64,000 nt of DNA from Candidatus Aenigmatarchaeota archaeon. GTDB lineage: Archaea > Aenigmatarchaeota > Aenigmatarchaeia > QMZP01 > QMZT01. The stretch's first letter is position 1. The number at the start of each line of letters is the position of its first letter. Under the pieces are notes generated by a model, which did not search any database, had not been told where the DNA came from, and saw only the letters and a program-made list of their open reading frames with translations. Location of the stretch: the NCBI GenBank assembly GCA_963726265.1, contig CAVSBQ010000002.1, positions 32,001 through 96,000 on the forward strand, read 5' to 3'. Below are positions 1 to 9,297 of this stretch, piece after piece. The translations under genes were made by a program, and so were the position numbers.

Positions 1-108
1 TATGTCAAAAATGAGCTCGAAATGCACAGGATAAAGGTAAACACAGTGCTTTCCTATCTCGATTTCAAGCCGTTGCTGGCAAGGCATTTTTCAAGGTTTT
101 TGACCTGA
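1..108 (+). CDS. 3' end of a probable minimal nucleotidyltransferase (MNT antitoxin), truncated by the window edge
   Basis: Frame 1 reads YVKNELEMHRIKVNTVLSYLDFKPLLARHFSRFLT*. The YLDFKP tail resembles MNT antitoxins, and the gene lies directly upstream of a HEPN gene. Confidence 0.6.
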   Translation, partial: YVKNELEMHRIKVNTVLSYLDFKPLLARHFSRFLT

Positions 109-120
109 TAGGTTGATAAC

Positions 121-537
121 ATGTATGACACGGAAAGGATAGGGAAAATACTGAGCGATATTGAAAGATATTTTGCAGACATGGAGACCATAAACGTCAA
201 AACAATGCAGGATATCGGGGACAAAAAGAACTTCTATTCGGTTTCGATGCTGTTATTCTCGATAATAAACAGGACCATAGACCTCGGTGAAGAAGTCGTC
301 ACAGCCAACAACCTCGGCACACCGAGCACATACAAGGACATTTTTTATCTTCTGAGAAAAGGGAAAATAATAAACGACCAGATGAAAAATGAGCTTTCAG
401 AATTGACATCATACAGGAACCTTTTTTCCCACGAATACCACAGCTTCACGGAAAAAGACGTGCTCAAGGCAATGGCTAAAATCGGCGCAGTCAAGGATTT
501 CGTGAAAAGAATAAAATCAAGAATCAGAAGCCAATAA
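121..537 (+). CDS. HEPN/DUF86 family RNase toxin (HepT-like)
   Basis: 138 aa with an R-X4-H-x-Y motif (RNLFSHEY). SD-like GGTTGA upstream. Confidence 0.85.
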   Translation: MYDTERIGKILSDIERYFADMETINVKTMQDIGDKKNFYSVSMLLFSIINRTIDLGEEVVTANNLGTPSTYKDIFYLLRKGKIINDQMKNELSELTSYRNLFSHEYHSFTEKDVLKAMAKIGAVKDFVKRIKSRIRSQ

Positions 538-582
538 ACAAACCAGTTTCGGAGGCTGTGTATTCGTGCCGCTGAGACGTGT

Positions 583-822
583 TTAGACGACAGGTGGAAG
601 AATCTGGGTTTCGAGTGCATCTGGAGAAGCGCCAAGCTCGTCGAGTTCATTTCGTACCATTTTCTTGAAGAGACCATTACTTACCGGGTCAATTGCCCAT
701 ACGCTTCTGTTAGGAAAAACCACTATAGGATATTTTCTACCCCGACCTTCGTCTACGTAGAAGCCTAATCGGACTCTACCGTTGTATTCTCCTAGTGTCT
801 TTTGAATGCTCATATTTATCAC
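583..822 (-). CDS. Hypothetical protein
   Basis: 79-aa ORF with GGGGTGA SD-like sequence and AT-rich promoter region upstream. The true start may be the internal MSIQ. Confidence 0.5.
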   Translation of the reverse strand: MINMSIQKTLGEYNGRVRLGFYVDEGRGRKYPIVVFPNRSVWAIDPVSNGLFKKMVRNELDELGASPDALETQILPPVV

Positions 823-925
823 CCCATGTTCGTTTAAGGTTATTTAATTTTATGTTTCAAGGCTATATAAAGCTTTCGTTTTGTTGTAACTAATAAATAG
901 TGAAAAAGAAAGGAAAAGGGGTTCT

Positions 926-1138
926 TCACCCCTGAATGAGGAGCTCGTTCTCGATTTCCTGCGCGGTCATGTCGTCAAGAGACTGGTCCACTTCCTGGTC
1001 GACCGTCTGGAACGCCTGCTGTTCGGGCGTGCCCGCCGCGGTCGCTGCCCCGCCGCCTGTCGCGCCCTGCTGGATGCAGCCGCTTATCGCGACCGCCACT
1101 ATCAGGACTGCGAATGCAAGAGCCAATACAGTTTTCAT
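926..1138 (-). CDS. Small putative lipoprotein
   Basis: Hydrophobic N-terminus ending in a lipobox-like ISGC, followed by a Gly/Ala linker and an acidic helix. AGGTGA SD. Confidence 0.7.
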   Translation of the reverse strand: MKTVLALAFAVLIVAVAISGCIQQGATGGGAATAAGTPEQQAFQTVDQEVDQSLDDMTAQEIENELLIQG

Positions 1139-1147
1139 GTTATCACC

Positions 1148-2092
1148 TTAATTGCCTCCTGAATTCGGCCCGCCGTTCGGTCCTCCGTGCGGTCCGTTTG
1201 TCAGCTCCGGAACGTCGTCCTCGCTTTCAATGTCGTTCGACAGCTTGTTCTTTATCCTTTCCCTGACCTTTTGGAACCACTGCGGCGCGTTTTTTAGCAG
1301 GTTAACCTTCTTTTCGTCGTACTTGCCGTACATGTTGGCCAGCTTGTCGCACGCCGTGCTGTTGGTGCTGTTCTTGCAGTACTCTATGATGTTCTGCCTG
1401 CAGTTCGCGTCGTCGAGTTTCAGGGCGCACGATGCTAACGTAAGCGCTTTGCACCTGTTGTCGTCAGGATGCGATTCGCAGAACGCCTTTATCCTGTCCC
1501 TGCAGCTCTCGTTCCCAGCCGGGTCGCATACTATGTTGCCCAGCGCCTTCATCACGGCCTTGCATTTTTCAGGGTTGTTCTCGCAGTAGTCCTTTACCTT
1601 TTCGGCCTTTTCCACTGCCTTCCAGAGCCTAGCGGCCTGTATGACATACGCGTTGTAGCTCACTCCGCCGAGGGTAAGCGTCCCGGCCCAGATCTCCTTG
1701 TCGCCTTTGACATACGAGTTGAGGGAAATGGAACCCAACTGATTCGTGCCGTTGATGTCGTACACGTTCGCCGTAGCCGTGCCGTTGCCTATCACCACGT
1801 CCTTTAGCCTGTATTTCGTTTCTCCGAAGTGGAGCACGCCAGTTCTCACGATAGTTTCAGTGCCGTTCGCGTCCGTCACGCTCACGCCGGCGATGCCGAC
1901 CTTGAGCAGCTCGAAGTCCATGGGGTTCGTCTGTGAAATCGCAAGCCCGTTGCCTAGCGCTCCCATGGTATGTATCTTGGCGCGCATCTGGGCCTGCGAA
2001 CCCAGTGTTTCGTCTGCCATCACTGCCGTTCCTGTTATGCCTATCAGCCCTATGACCAGAAGGGCGATTGCCAATGCCGTTATTTTCTTCAT
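1148..2092 (-). CDS. Secreted protein with a beta-rich N-domain and Cys-rich helical repeats
   Basis: MKKITALAIALLVIG signal peptide after a GGAGGT SD. Repeated (Y/F)CxxxPxxC motifs and an NGGP-type tail. Confidence 0.75.
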   Translation of the reverse strand: MKKITALAIALLVIGLIGITGTAVMADETLGSQAQMRAKIHTMGALGNGLAISQTNPMDFELLKVGIAGVSVTDANGTETIVRTGVLHFGETKYRLKDVVIGNGTATANVYDINGTNQLGSISLNSYVKGDKEIWAGTLTLGGVSYNAYVIQAARLWKAVEKAEKVKDYCENNPEKCKAVMKALGNIVCDPAGNESCRDRIKAFCESHPDDNRCKALTLASCALKLDDANCRQNIIEYCKNSTNSTACDKLANMYGKYDEKKVNLLKNAPQWFQKVRERIKNKLSNDIESEDDVPELTNGPHGGPNGGPNSGGN

Positions 2093-2207
2093 CTCATCTA
2101 CCTCCTGTATTATATTCAAATATTTTGATTCTGCTCGGAACCGTCCTCGCGGAAAGTCCCGCGAACTCATGCTAATACTATACCGTTTCGCCTATTAGAA
2201 AACTCCC

Positions 2208-2226
2208 TGAAACAATGTGAAACAAT
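2208..2226. promoter_or_regulatory. Tandem direct repeat TGAAACAAT (10-bp period), possible operator
   Basis: tgaaacaat-g-tgaaacaat lies between the wHTH gene and the secreted-protein gene. Confidence 0.4.
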
Positions 2227-2245
2227 TATTTTTTTCGTGCGTAAT

Positions 2246-3104
2246 TCATTTCTTGTAGAAGAGGCGGTTCGTCCTGCCGACGCGCTCCTTCTCGACCAGG
2301 CCTTTCGCTTCCAGCTTCTTCACCAGCCTCGTCATCTTCGCCCGCGAGAATTTCAGCTCCTTCCCGACCTTGTTCTGCATTATCCTTTTTTCCTTGGCGA
2401 GGATGAGCAGAAGCCTGCGCTCGTCCTCGGAGAAGCCGCGCTCGAACTCGTGTTTCATCCTTCTTCCTGTAATACGCTACAAGGTAGGCGCTATCGGCAA
2501 CAATGGCGAAGCCCATCACGGCCATCACGATAAGCGAGTAGTCGCTGTTCGTGTTGTAGAACTTCAGCGACACCAGCGTCTCCACGCCGCCTTCCGGGTG
2601 CCATGCGATGTAAATCCTCTCGCCGTCGCTGAGTAGTTTCATGCGCTTCGGGATAGACCACGTTCCTGTATACCGCGAAACCGGCCGGCAGGAAGGCCCT
2701 TATGCTAATCCTGTCCGCCTGCGGCGGCTTCAGGCTGGCCGAAAAGCTGTAGACGCTATCGCTGGAAAAAACAAGGTCCTTTGCCGTGAAGCGCATGAGC
2801 AGCCTTTCCGTCGCTTGGGGCGACGGTGAACCTGACGTTGTATTCGCCGCCGCTTTTATCCAGGGTGTACTGGGATGCTGTTAACGCCGTCGGAGACCGA
2901 GAGGTCGGATATCTCCCCGAGGACGGCGTAGTTCAGCGAGCTGGCGTTGAGCGCAGAGGCGAAGGCCATCGAGACGCTCTCGTGAACGCTCGTGTCTGGC
3001 ATTATCTCGAATGTGATATTGTAGTCGGATATGTCCAGCGCGCTCGCTGCATGCGCAGCAAGGGCCAGCCATAAAAACAATACAGCAACAACTGCTCCTC
3101 TCAT
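2246..3104 (-). CDS. Membrane-anchored winged-HTH (MarR-like) regulator with an extracellular domain; frameshifted
   Basis: Fragments 2856-3104 (signal peptide), 2491-2796, part of 2226-2642 (TM segment) and 2246-2458 (FSEDERRLL...FSRAKMTRLVKKLEAKGLVEKERVGRTN wHTH) join into one architecture. Confidence 0.75.
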
Positions 3105-3161
3105 AATTCAAAAATAAAGGAAATGGAAATAAATTGGTTTTCAGTCAGCGAAGTGTCCAGT

Positions 3162-3775
3162 TTATTCCTTTTTGTGCTCGTGTTTCGCTTCCGCGTGCTC
3201 GGCCTTGTGTTCGTTTTTGCGCTTCCGTGTGGCCTTCATGCGCGTGTTCCGCAGGTTTCTCGTGATGAGCTTCCTTGTGTTCCTTCGCTTCTTCGTGCTT
3301 CTTTTCGGCATGCTCCGCTTTGTGCTCTTCCTTGTGTTCCTTATGCTCCGCTTTCCTCTTTTTTCTCCTCGTGTTTCGCTTCTTTCTTCTCTTCCTTGTG
3401 CTCTTCCTTGCCGAAAAGCTTCGCGAGCGATTCCTTGCCGTACGCAATGGCTTTCATGTTGACCTGGACTATTTCCTCGGAAAGCGTGTTGCCCCTGATG
3501 ATTTTTCGCCTTCGTTCGCCTTTCGTCGTCGGGTGGAAGCCCGTTCCGCCCGTGAGCAGCATCTTCTTCCTGCCGACGCCAATCACCTCTGGTCGCATGG
3601 GGAAGCCCTGCTTGTCCGAGCCGCCGGTTATCTGGAATTCGTAACCCTGCATGCCCAGGAAATCGCCTTTTACCTTTTCGCCTATTCTCCTGCCCAGAAG
3701 GCCGGATTCCTTTTCCCCGACTTCCTTCTGGAACGTTCGCTTCGTCTTCGGATCCGCTACAACTATCTTGAACAC
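3162..3775 (-). CDS. rps6e: Ribosomal protein eS6 with a His/Glu/Lys-rich C-terminal extension; frameshifted in the tail
   Basis: FKIVVADPKT...FQITGGSDKQGFPMRP...GERRRKIIRGN is eS6. GTG start after GAGGTG. The tail continues in two other frames. Confidence 0.93.
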
Positions 3776-3864
3776 ACAAACCACCTCTCCTCAGGCAGGC
3801 CCATAATGCCGGGCCGTTCCGAGTTCTTTATACCTCTATAATTGGGCTCATCTTTTAAAAGCGT

Positions 3865-4162
3865 TTAGCGTTTATAGTGCAGGTCAGGCAGAGGGCAGGC
3901 AAGCGTCTTCTCAACATCCTCTTTATTCGCTCCTCTGACCAGTATGACCTTGTCCTTCGCCCTGAAGCCGCTCACGATTTCCACGTCCTTCCCCAGCAGC
4001 CGCTTCAGGCCTTTCACTATTTCGAGATTCGCCTTCCCCTCATGCGGCGGCGACGTGACTTCGAGAATAAGCTTGACCGTCTTTCCCGTAAAGGGCGAAT
4101 TTCCTGGAGCCTGGCTTGACCCTTACCTCCAGCAGCACGCCGTCCCTGGTTTCCCTTATCAT
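3865..4162 (-). CDS. DUF167/UPF0235 (YggU-like) protein; frameshifted and absent from the ORF track
   Basis: Manual translation: MIRETRDGVLLEVRVKPGSRKFAL / KLILEVTSPPHEGKANLEIVKGLKRLLGKDVEIVSGFRAKDKVILVRG. Confidence 0.85.
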
Positions 4163-4200
4163 ATCAGTTCTTATTTTAATTTGAAACAATATTAGTTATT

Positions 4201-4993
4201 ATGGATTTTGATGAAGGAGGGCTGTTCTCGAGGCAGATTCCGTTTCTCGGTGAGGAGAGGCAGGACGCGCTTTCTAAGGCGAAAGTCGCCGTCATCGGCG
4301 CCGGAGGCCTGGGCAGCTTCGTCTCCTCGCTGCTGGTGAGGGCAGGCGTCGGCGTCATCCGCATAATCGACCCTGACGTGGTCGAGCTTTCCAACCTTCC
4401 GAGAACGATTATATACAGGCAGAAGGATGCCGGCAAATCCAAGGCGTTCATACTCGCGGAGCGCCTGTCGGGCATTAACCCCGATTCCAGGGTCGACGGG
4501 AAGATAGAGAGCTTCAATGCTTACAAAGCGGAAAAGCTGCTCGCGGGCTTCGGCGTGGTGGCCGACTGCACTGACAGCATGGCGTCACGCCACGAGATAA
4601 ACAGGTTCTGCGTGGATAACAGGCTTCCGTGGGTTCACGGCGCGGTGACCAGGGACGAGGGCGTCTCAGCGACATTCGCAGCGGCGGAAGGCCGTGCTTC
4701 AACTGCCTCTATCACGACAAGATGGACGAGATGCGAATGAGGCGGAAAAAACAGGCGCAGTAAAAACCGGCGACGCCGGAGTCATCGGCCCTGCTGTTGC
4801 GACCGTCGCGGCATGGCAGTCTATGGAAGTGATAAAGATAATCACGGGCCTGGCCGAACCGAATTATGGCAAGCTTTACAGACTGAAGCTCGGCAGGCCG
4901 GGCTTCGAGATTCTCGCGCTCAAACCCTGGGAGGACTGCGGCGTGTGCGGCAAGGACATGCTGAGCAGAAGGCTCAGGGACAAAGAGGGATAG
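4201..4993 (+). CDS. ThiF/MoeB/UbaA E1-like adenylyltransferase; frameshifted
   Basis: FSRQI, VAVIGAGGLGS, DPDVVELSNLPR, DCTD, PCFNC (alternate frame), AGVIGP and C-terminal CGVCG. Confidence 0.9.
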
Positions 4994-4996
4994 ACG

Positions 4997-6146
4997 ATGC
5001 TCAGGAAAATGTTCAGGAAAAAAATAATCATCAAATACGGCGAGCTCTGGCTGAAATCAGAGCCGGTGCGCATGCGCTTTTTGGAAACGCTCGCCTGACA
5101 ACGTGAGAAGCCAGCTCAAGCGGGCTGGGGTAAGGGACTTCAGACTGGAGAAAGACGAGGGACATGCTGATTCTCGAGTGCACGCACAGGAAATGCCCCG
5201 AGGTTCTCGGAAAGGTTTTCGGGGTTTCATGGTTCGCTTTCGCAGTTGAGACGCAGCCGACGATGAAGGCGATAGAGAAGCCCGTGCTCGCGCTCGCGAA
5301 AAAAATCGGCAGGGAGCAGACCTTCGCCGTCCGCGCGAGCAGGAGCGACAAGACGCTCGCCGTTCACCAGCAAGGACGTCGAGAACAGGATGGGCGCCAA
5401 GATAAGGAGGAAGGTCGACCTTTCGAAGCCCGACGTCACGCTTTTCATCGAGTTCAGAAAGGACAGGGCTTATGTTTATTCGGAAAAGATAAGGGGCGCG
5501 GGAGGGCTTCCATACGGCGTTACGGGCAAGGTCCTGTCGCTCATTTCAGGAGGCATCGATTCGCCCGTCGCGAGCTGGCTCATGATGAAACGCGGCTGCT
5601 CGGTCGATTTCGTTCACTTCAACGCCGTGGAAAGCGATGTCGCGAAACTCAAAGGCCTGGTGAAGAAACTCGGCGAATATGCGCCCGCGAAGCTCGCGCT
5701 TCACGCAGTGCCTTTCGCGATCTGTCCAGGAGGCGATTGTGAAGCACTGCGAGCGCCGCTTCACCTGCGTGCTCTGCAAGAGGCTCATGTACAAGGCCGC
5801 GGCGCAGCTCGCGGAAACGACGAAAGCGAAGGCGTTGGTGACTGGCGAAAACTTGGCCCAGGTCGCTTCCCAGACGCTGGACAATCTCGTCGCGAATGAC
5901 GATGCGGTTTCGCTGCCGCTTTTCAGGCCGCTGCTGTGCATGGACAAGGAGGAGACCATCATCCTCGCGAAGAAAATCGGGACATATGACCTCTCGATAA
6001 AGCAGGCGCACGCATGCAGGTTCGTGCCGCGCAAGCCGGCCACTGCCGCAAAAAGCGGAGTCCTCGTGCGCGAGGAAAAGAGGATAAAGCAGCTGGACAG
6101 AATCGTAAAGAAGGCGGTAAGCTCGCCGATAAAAACGCTGGTGTGA
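4997..6146 (+). CDS. thiI: tRNA 4-thiouridine synthase (THUMP + PP-loop, no rhodanese domain); frameshifted
   Basis: IIIKYGELWLKS, GAGGLPYGVTGK, SGGIDSPVA, CVLCKR, TGENLAQVASQTL, RPL and CRFVP, spread over several frames. Confidence 0.92.
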
Positions 6147-6148
6147 AA

Positions 6149-6662
6149 ATGGCCAAAAAGAAAAAGTTCAGGAATGCGCTTTTCATCGGCCGCTTCCAGC
6201 CGTTCCACGACGGCCATCTCAAGGTCATCCAGGACATCGCGCAGGAAAGCGAGGCGCTCGTCATAGTCATCGCAGGCCCCGCCCGGCCGGACCGCAGGAA
6301 TCCCTTCTCGTTCAAAGAGCGGAAGCGCATGGTTCAGCTCGCGCTGCGCGGCGAAGGGATAAAATATTCGATACACGAGACCCATGACGTCAACGACGAC
6401 GGGAGATGGAACAGGCACGTCAAAAAGTTCGGCCGCTTCGACGTCGCGTATTCTCGCAATCCCTGGACGGCGCGCTGTCTCAAGGCGCTTGGCATCCCCG
6501 TGAAAAAGCACAGGTTCTACGAGCGCTACAAGAACTGCGGCAGGGAAATAAGAAAGCGCATCCTGCACGGGAAGCGCTGGGATTCTCTGGTGCCGCAGGC
6601 TGTTTACAGCGTACGTCAGGAAAATAAACGGCGAGGCAAGGCTGAAAACAATATGCAAATAA
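6149..6662 (+). CDS. nadM: Nicotinamide-mononucleotide adenylyltransferase (cytidylyltransferase family); probable frameshift near 6610
   Basis: FIGRFQPFHDGH, RNPFSFKER, IRKRI and WDSLVP. The natural end YVRKINGEARLKTICK* lies in another frame. Confidence 0.8.
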
Positions 6663-6687
6663 AAATCTTAGCCGCGTTTAATACCTT

Positions 6688-6888
6688 ATGGGTTCCGTTT
6701 CTGATGGTGATTCGAAAAGCCTGCATCTTAAATGCTGGTGCGGGCATGAATATGATGTTCCGAACAACCTCGTCTTAATGGATGATGGCCTGACCCATCA
6801 ATACAACATATCTGGCAAATGTCCTAGTTGCGGAAAAGAAAGCGATCATAATTTGCTGTATGATTCCAAAACAAGAAACTTGACATAA
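6688..6888 (+). CDS. Small zinc-ribbon-like protein
   Basis: 66 aa with CWCGH and CPSCG motifs; AT-rich. Confidence 0.6.
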   Translation: MGSVSDGDSKSLHLKCWCGHEYDVPNNLVLMDDGLTHQYNISGKCPSCGKESDHNLLYDSKTRNLT

Positions 6889-7027
6889 CGCTTGCGTGAA
6901 TTCTCCGGCCGCGTTCCCGGTAAAAACCGCTATACTTCGTCCAAATTTATGGGTTTTCATAAAAAGAGACAAATATTATCACCCTCAGTCTTTATATATT
7001 TTATTTCTAACTTATTAGTAATAAATT

Positions 7028-8626
7028 ATGAAAAAAAGGAAATATGAAGATGGAGAAGGTCAGAAAATAGCTGCTCAGAAAGTTCGTGACCTGTTAAAAA
7101 GGTTGGATATTTCCGAAGAAAAGATACCTGATGAACTGAGCGCAAGACTATTTTACGATAATGGAGCGGCGTCTCTCCTTTCTATTGCCTATAACAGTTC
7201 AACTATAAGGGCAATTGAGGCTGCATATCCTGGTAAATTCAAACCTTGGCAGTTCAAACGAAAACCAAAAGGCATATGGCAGGGGGGAAATGCTTACAAA
7301 AATGCAGCGGAAGCAACCAGATGGCTGGTGGAGGAAAAACTCAAAATTTCTCTCAAAAAAGCCTCAAAAAAGGTAACCAGAGATGTTTTCACAGAATATG
7401 GATTATCTGGGATGTTAGATACCCTCTTTGGTGGGAACCCTTATCGTGCACTAGTCAATGCCTACCCCAAACTATATAAAGTTAGTGATGTTCAAAAAAC
7501 TGAAAAGAGGGGAATAGAATCCACGGAAATTAGTGATGACGATAAAGAATTTATAATTAAGAGATTTGAGCCATTAGCAAAGTATTTGGCTTCCAAATAT
7601 TTGCATCAGACCAAGTCATTAAAATATGATGATTTGGTTCAGATGGGTAGGATTGGAGTTTACTTTGCTGTAAGAGATTTAGGCTTAACCAAAAAAAACT
7701 TCAAGAGATTCAGCAGACAAATAAAATATTACATAATCAATACAGTGAGAGATGCTATCAATAAAGGATACGACAGAATACTTGATTTCTCATGCAGTGT
7801 GGATGACTATGTCTTCGAAAATAACAAAAAAAGATCTCTCGTGGAGATAATAACTGAAAAACACAAGGAACTTTTTGGTGAAAGAATTTTAACTTCCAAA
7901 GAAAGGAATTTGAGGTTCTATGGCATCTTAGAAAGGGGACTTTCTAAAGAGGAATACGAAAAATTAAAGGAGGAAATAGCAAAAACCATTACGAGACTAG
8001 AAACGAGAATGGCTAATATCTCTTGGGATCCTATGGACGAGGCTTTGGAATTTGTTAGAAAATATGCACCTCGTCATAAAAATACCCAGAAATGGGAACT
8101 TGGAAAACGTACAAATCTATGGGGAGGAGGAGCGGGAAGAAGGTTGGCAAAACAAGCTATACGTTACCTGTTTGAAGAAAAGCTAAAAATCCCAGAGGAA
8201 ACAATCCCAGAGGTTACAAGTAGCCGTCTATTTCACGATAATGGATTGGGTGGTATGCTGCTTCAACTTTACGATGGTATGTCATTTTTAGCAGTAAGTG
8301 ATGCTTATCCAAATAAATTCAAACCTTGGGAATTTAAAAACAGACCGCATCTATGGGGAACTAAGGATGGAATGAAATACGCGGCGGAAGCAACCAGATG
8401 GCTGGTGGAGGAAAAACTGGGGATTCCGCCAAATGAGGCATTGAAAAAAGTCAAAGCACAGGACTTCAAAGATTATAGATTATGGGGGATGCTGATGACA
8501 CTTTTTAAAGGTGATGGTGGATACCATCATGCCATTTTAAATGCCTATCCTGAATTAGTCCAAGCGGATCAGCCTACTGGAGATATAAATCCACATATAA
8601 GAAAATCTAATAATAGCTATAGATGA
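7028..8626 (+). CDS. DUF4046-like repeat protein with an internal sigma-70-like module
   Basis: Repeats AYPxKFKPWxFK...W...AAEATRWLVEEKL...YxLxGML...NAYP at both ends. Central segment EFIIKRFEPLAKYLASKY...YDDLVQMGRIGVYFAV...FSRQIKYYIINTVRDAI. The ORF is certain; the family calls are by eye. Confidence 0.65.
   Translation: MKKRKYEDGEGQKIAAQKVRDLLKRLDISEEKIPDELSARLFYDNGAASLLSIAYNSSTIRAIEAAYPGKFKPWQFKRKPKGIWQGGNAYKNAAEATRWLVEEKLKISLKKASKKVTRDVFTEYGLSGMLDTLFGGNPYRALVNAYPKLYKVSDVQKTEKRGIESTEISDDDKEFIIKRFEPLAKYLASKYLHQTKSLKYDDLVQMGRIGVYFAVRDLGLTKKNFKRFSRQIKYYIINTVRDAINKGYDRILDFSCSVDDYVFENNKKRSLVEIITEKHKELFGERILTSKERNLRFYGILERGLSKEEYEKLKEEIAKTITRLETRMANISWDPMDEALEFVRKYAPRHKNTQKWELGKRTNLWGGGAGRRLAKQAIRYLFEEKLKIPEETIPEVTSSRLFHDNGLGGMLLQLYDGMSFLAVSDAYPNKFKPWEFKNRPHLWGTKDGMKYAAEATRWLVEEKLGIPPNEALKKVKAQDFKDYRLWGMLMTLFKGDGGYHHAILNAYPELVQADQPTGDINPHIRKSNNSYR
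7307..8418 (+). repeat. Exact 35-bp intragenic direct repeat (7307-7341 and 8384-8418)
   Basis: GCGGAAGCAACCAGATGGCTGGTGGAGGAAAAACT occurs twice. TAAATTCAAACCTTGG is also repeated in the gene. Confidence 0.9.
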
Positions 8627-8705
8627 AATAAATCAAGATTGGAATTCTATTTAGGAAGGGCTAAAGCCTTAAGAAAAAATGCCGTATGCGCCGGCCGCGG
8701 ACTTA

Positions 8706-9200
8706 TTATTTGCCCAGGACTTTCCCGCTCGTGTCGATTTCCTTTGCGCGTATCCTCGTCGATGAAATCCTTTCCCGGTCGTCTGAAAGTTCCGCGGGCA
8801 CGCCGAATATATAAACTTCGTAAAGACCGCTTTCCCTCCTTCTCAGATTAAGTTTGTATGCCTTGGCCAGGGAGTCTTGGCCTACAATCATGACCTCGCT
8901 GAGATTTCGAAATTTGCAACTGGTGCAGTCCTCTTTGCCGTCAAGCGGCAGTATCTCGAATCTGCCTCCGTAAAATTGATACAGATGTTCGTACAACTTC
9001 CCGAATCTCTCGTCATAAGGTTGTATCAATTCCCGGAAATGCTTTTTTGAGAATTCACCAATATATCTGTCAGTCGTGAGTCTTACGACAACGCTGTCGG
9101 AAAGATTGAATGCATAACTGAACAACTTTTTGTGGCCTTCATGCAGGGGTCCGTAAGTCCCTCCCGTGCAGGCGCAGATGAACATGCGGGGGTCCTTCAT
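8706..9200 (-). CDS. Phosphopantetheine adenylyltransferase-like protein (divergent copy)
   Basis: GGTYGPLHEGHKKL, LTTDRY, LNLRRRESGL and ISSTRIRAKEIDTSGK. Confidence 0.8.
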   Translation of the reverse strand: MKDPRMFICACTGGTYGPLHEGHKKLFSYAFNLSDSVVVRLTTDRYIGEFSKKHFRELIQPYDERFGKLYEHLYQFYGGRFEILPLDGKEDCTSCKFRNLSEVMIVGQDSLAKAYKLNLRRRESGLYEVYIFGVPAELSDDRERISSTRIRAKEIDTSGKVLGK

Positions 9201-9233
9201 AGTGAAACATTGGCAAAAAATTTTAAAAATAGC

Positions 9234-9290
9234 TCATTTCCCTAAAATCTTCCCATGCTTGTCGATTTCATTCGCCCTTCAGGAAATCGC
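9234..9290 (-). pseudogene. Remnant 3' end of a third PPAT copy
   Basis: Reverse strand reads AIS*RANEIDKHGKILGK*, matching the C-termini of both flanking PPATs. Confidence 0.7.
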
Positions 9291-9297
9291 TCTGACT

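Noticed and set aside
3341..3370. Programmed -1 frameshift giving long and short eS6
   Set aside because: The A-run is not in X_XXY_YYZ register, the required shift is not -1, and a second indel is needed downstream.
3877..4195. Plus-strand ORFs or an SRP-like RNA
   Set aside because: The region is explained by a frameshifted DUF167 gene on the minus strand.
6014..6778. 254-aa ORF as an extended NadM fusion
   Set aside because: The N-terminal extension overlaps thiI, and the C-terminal extension results from an indel near 6610 and overlaps the zinc-ribbon ORF.
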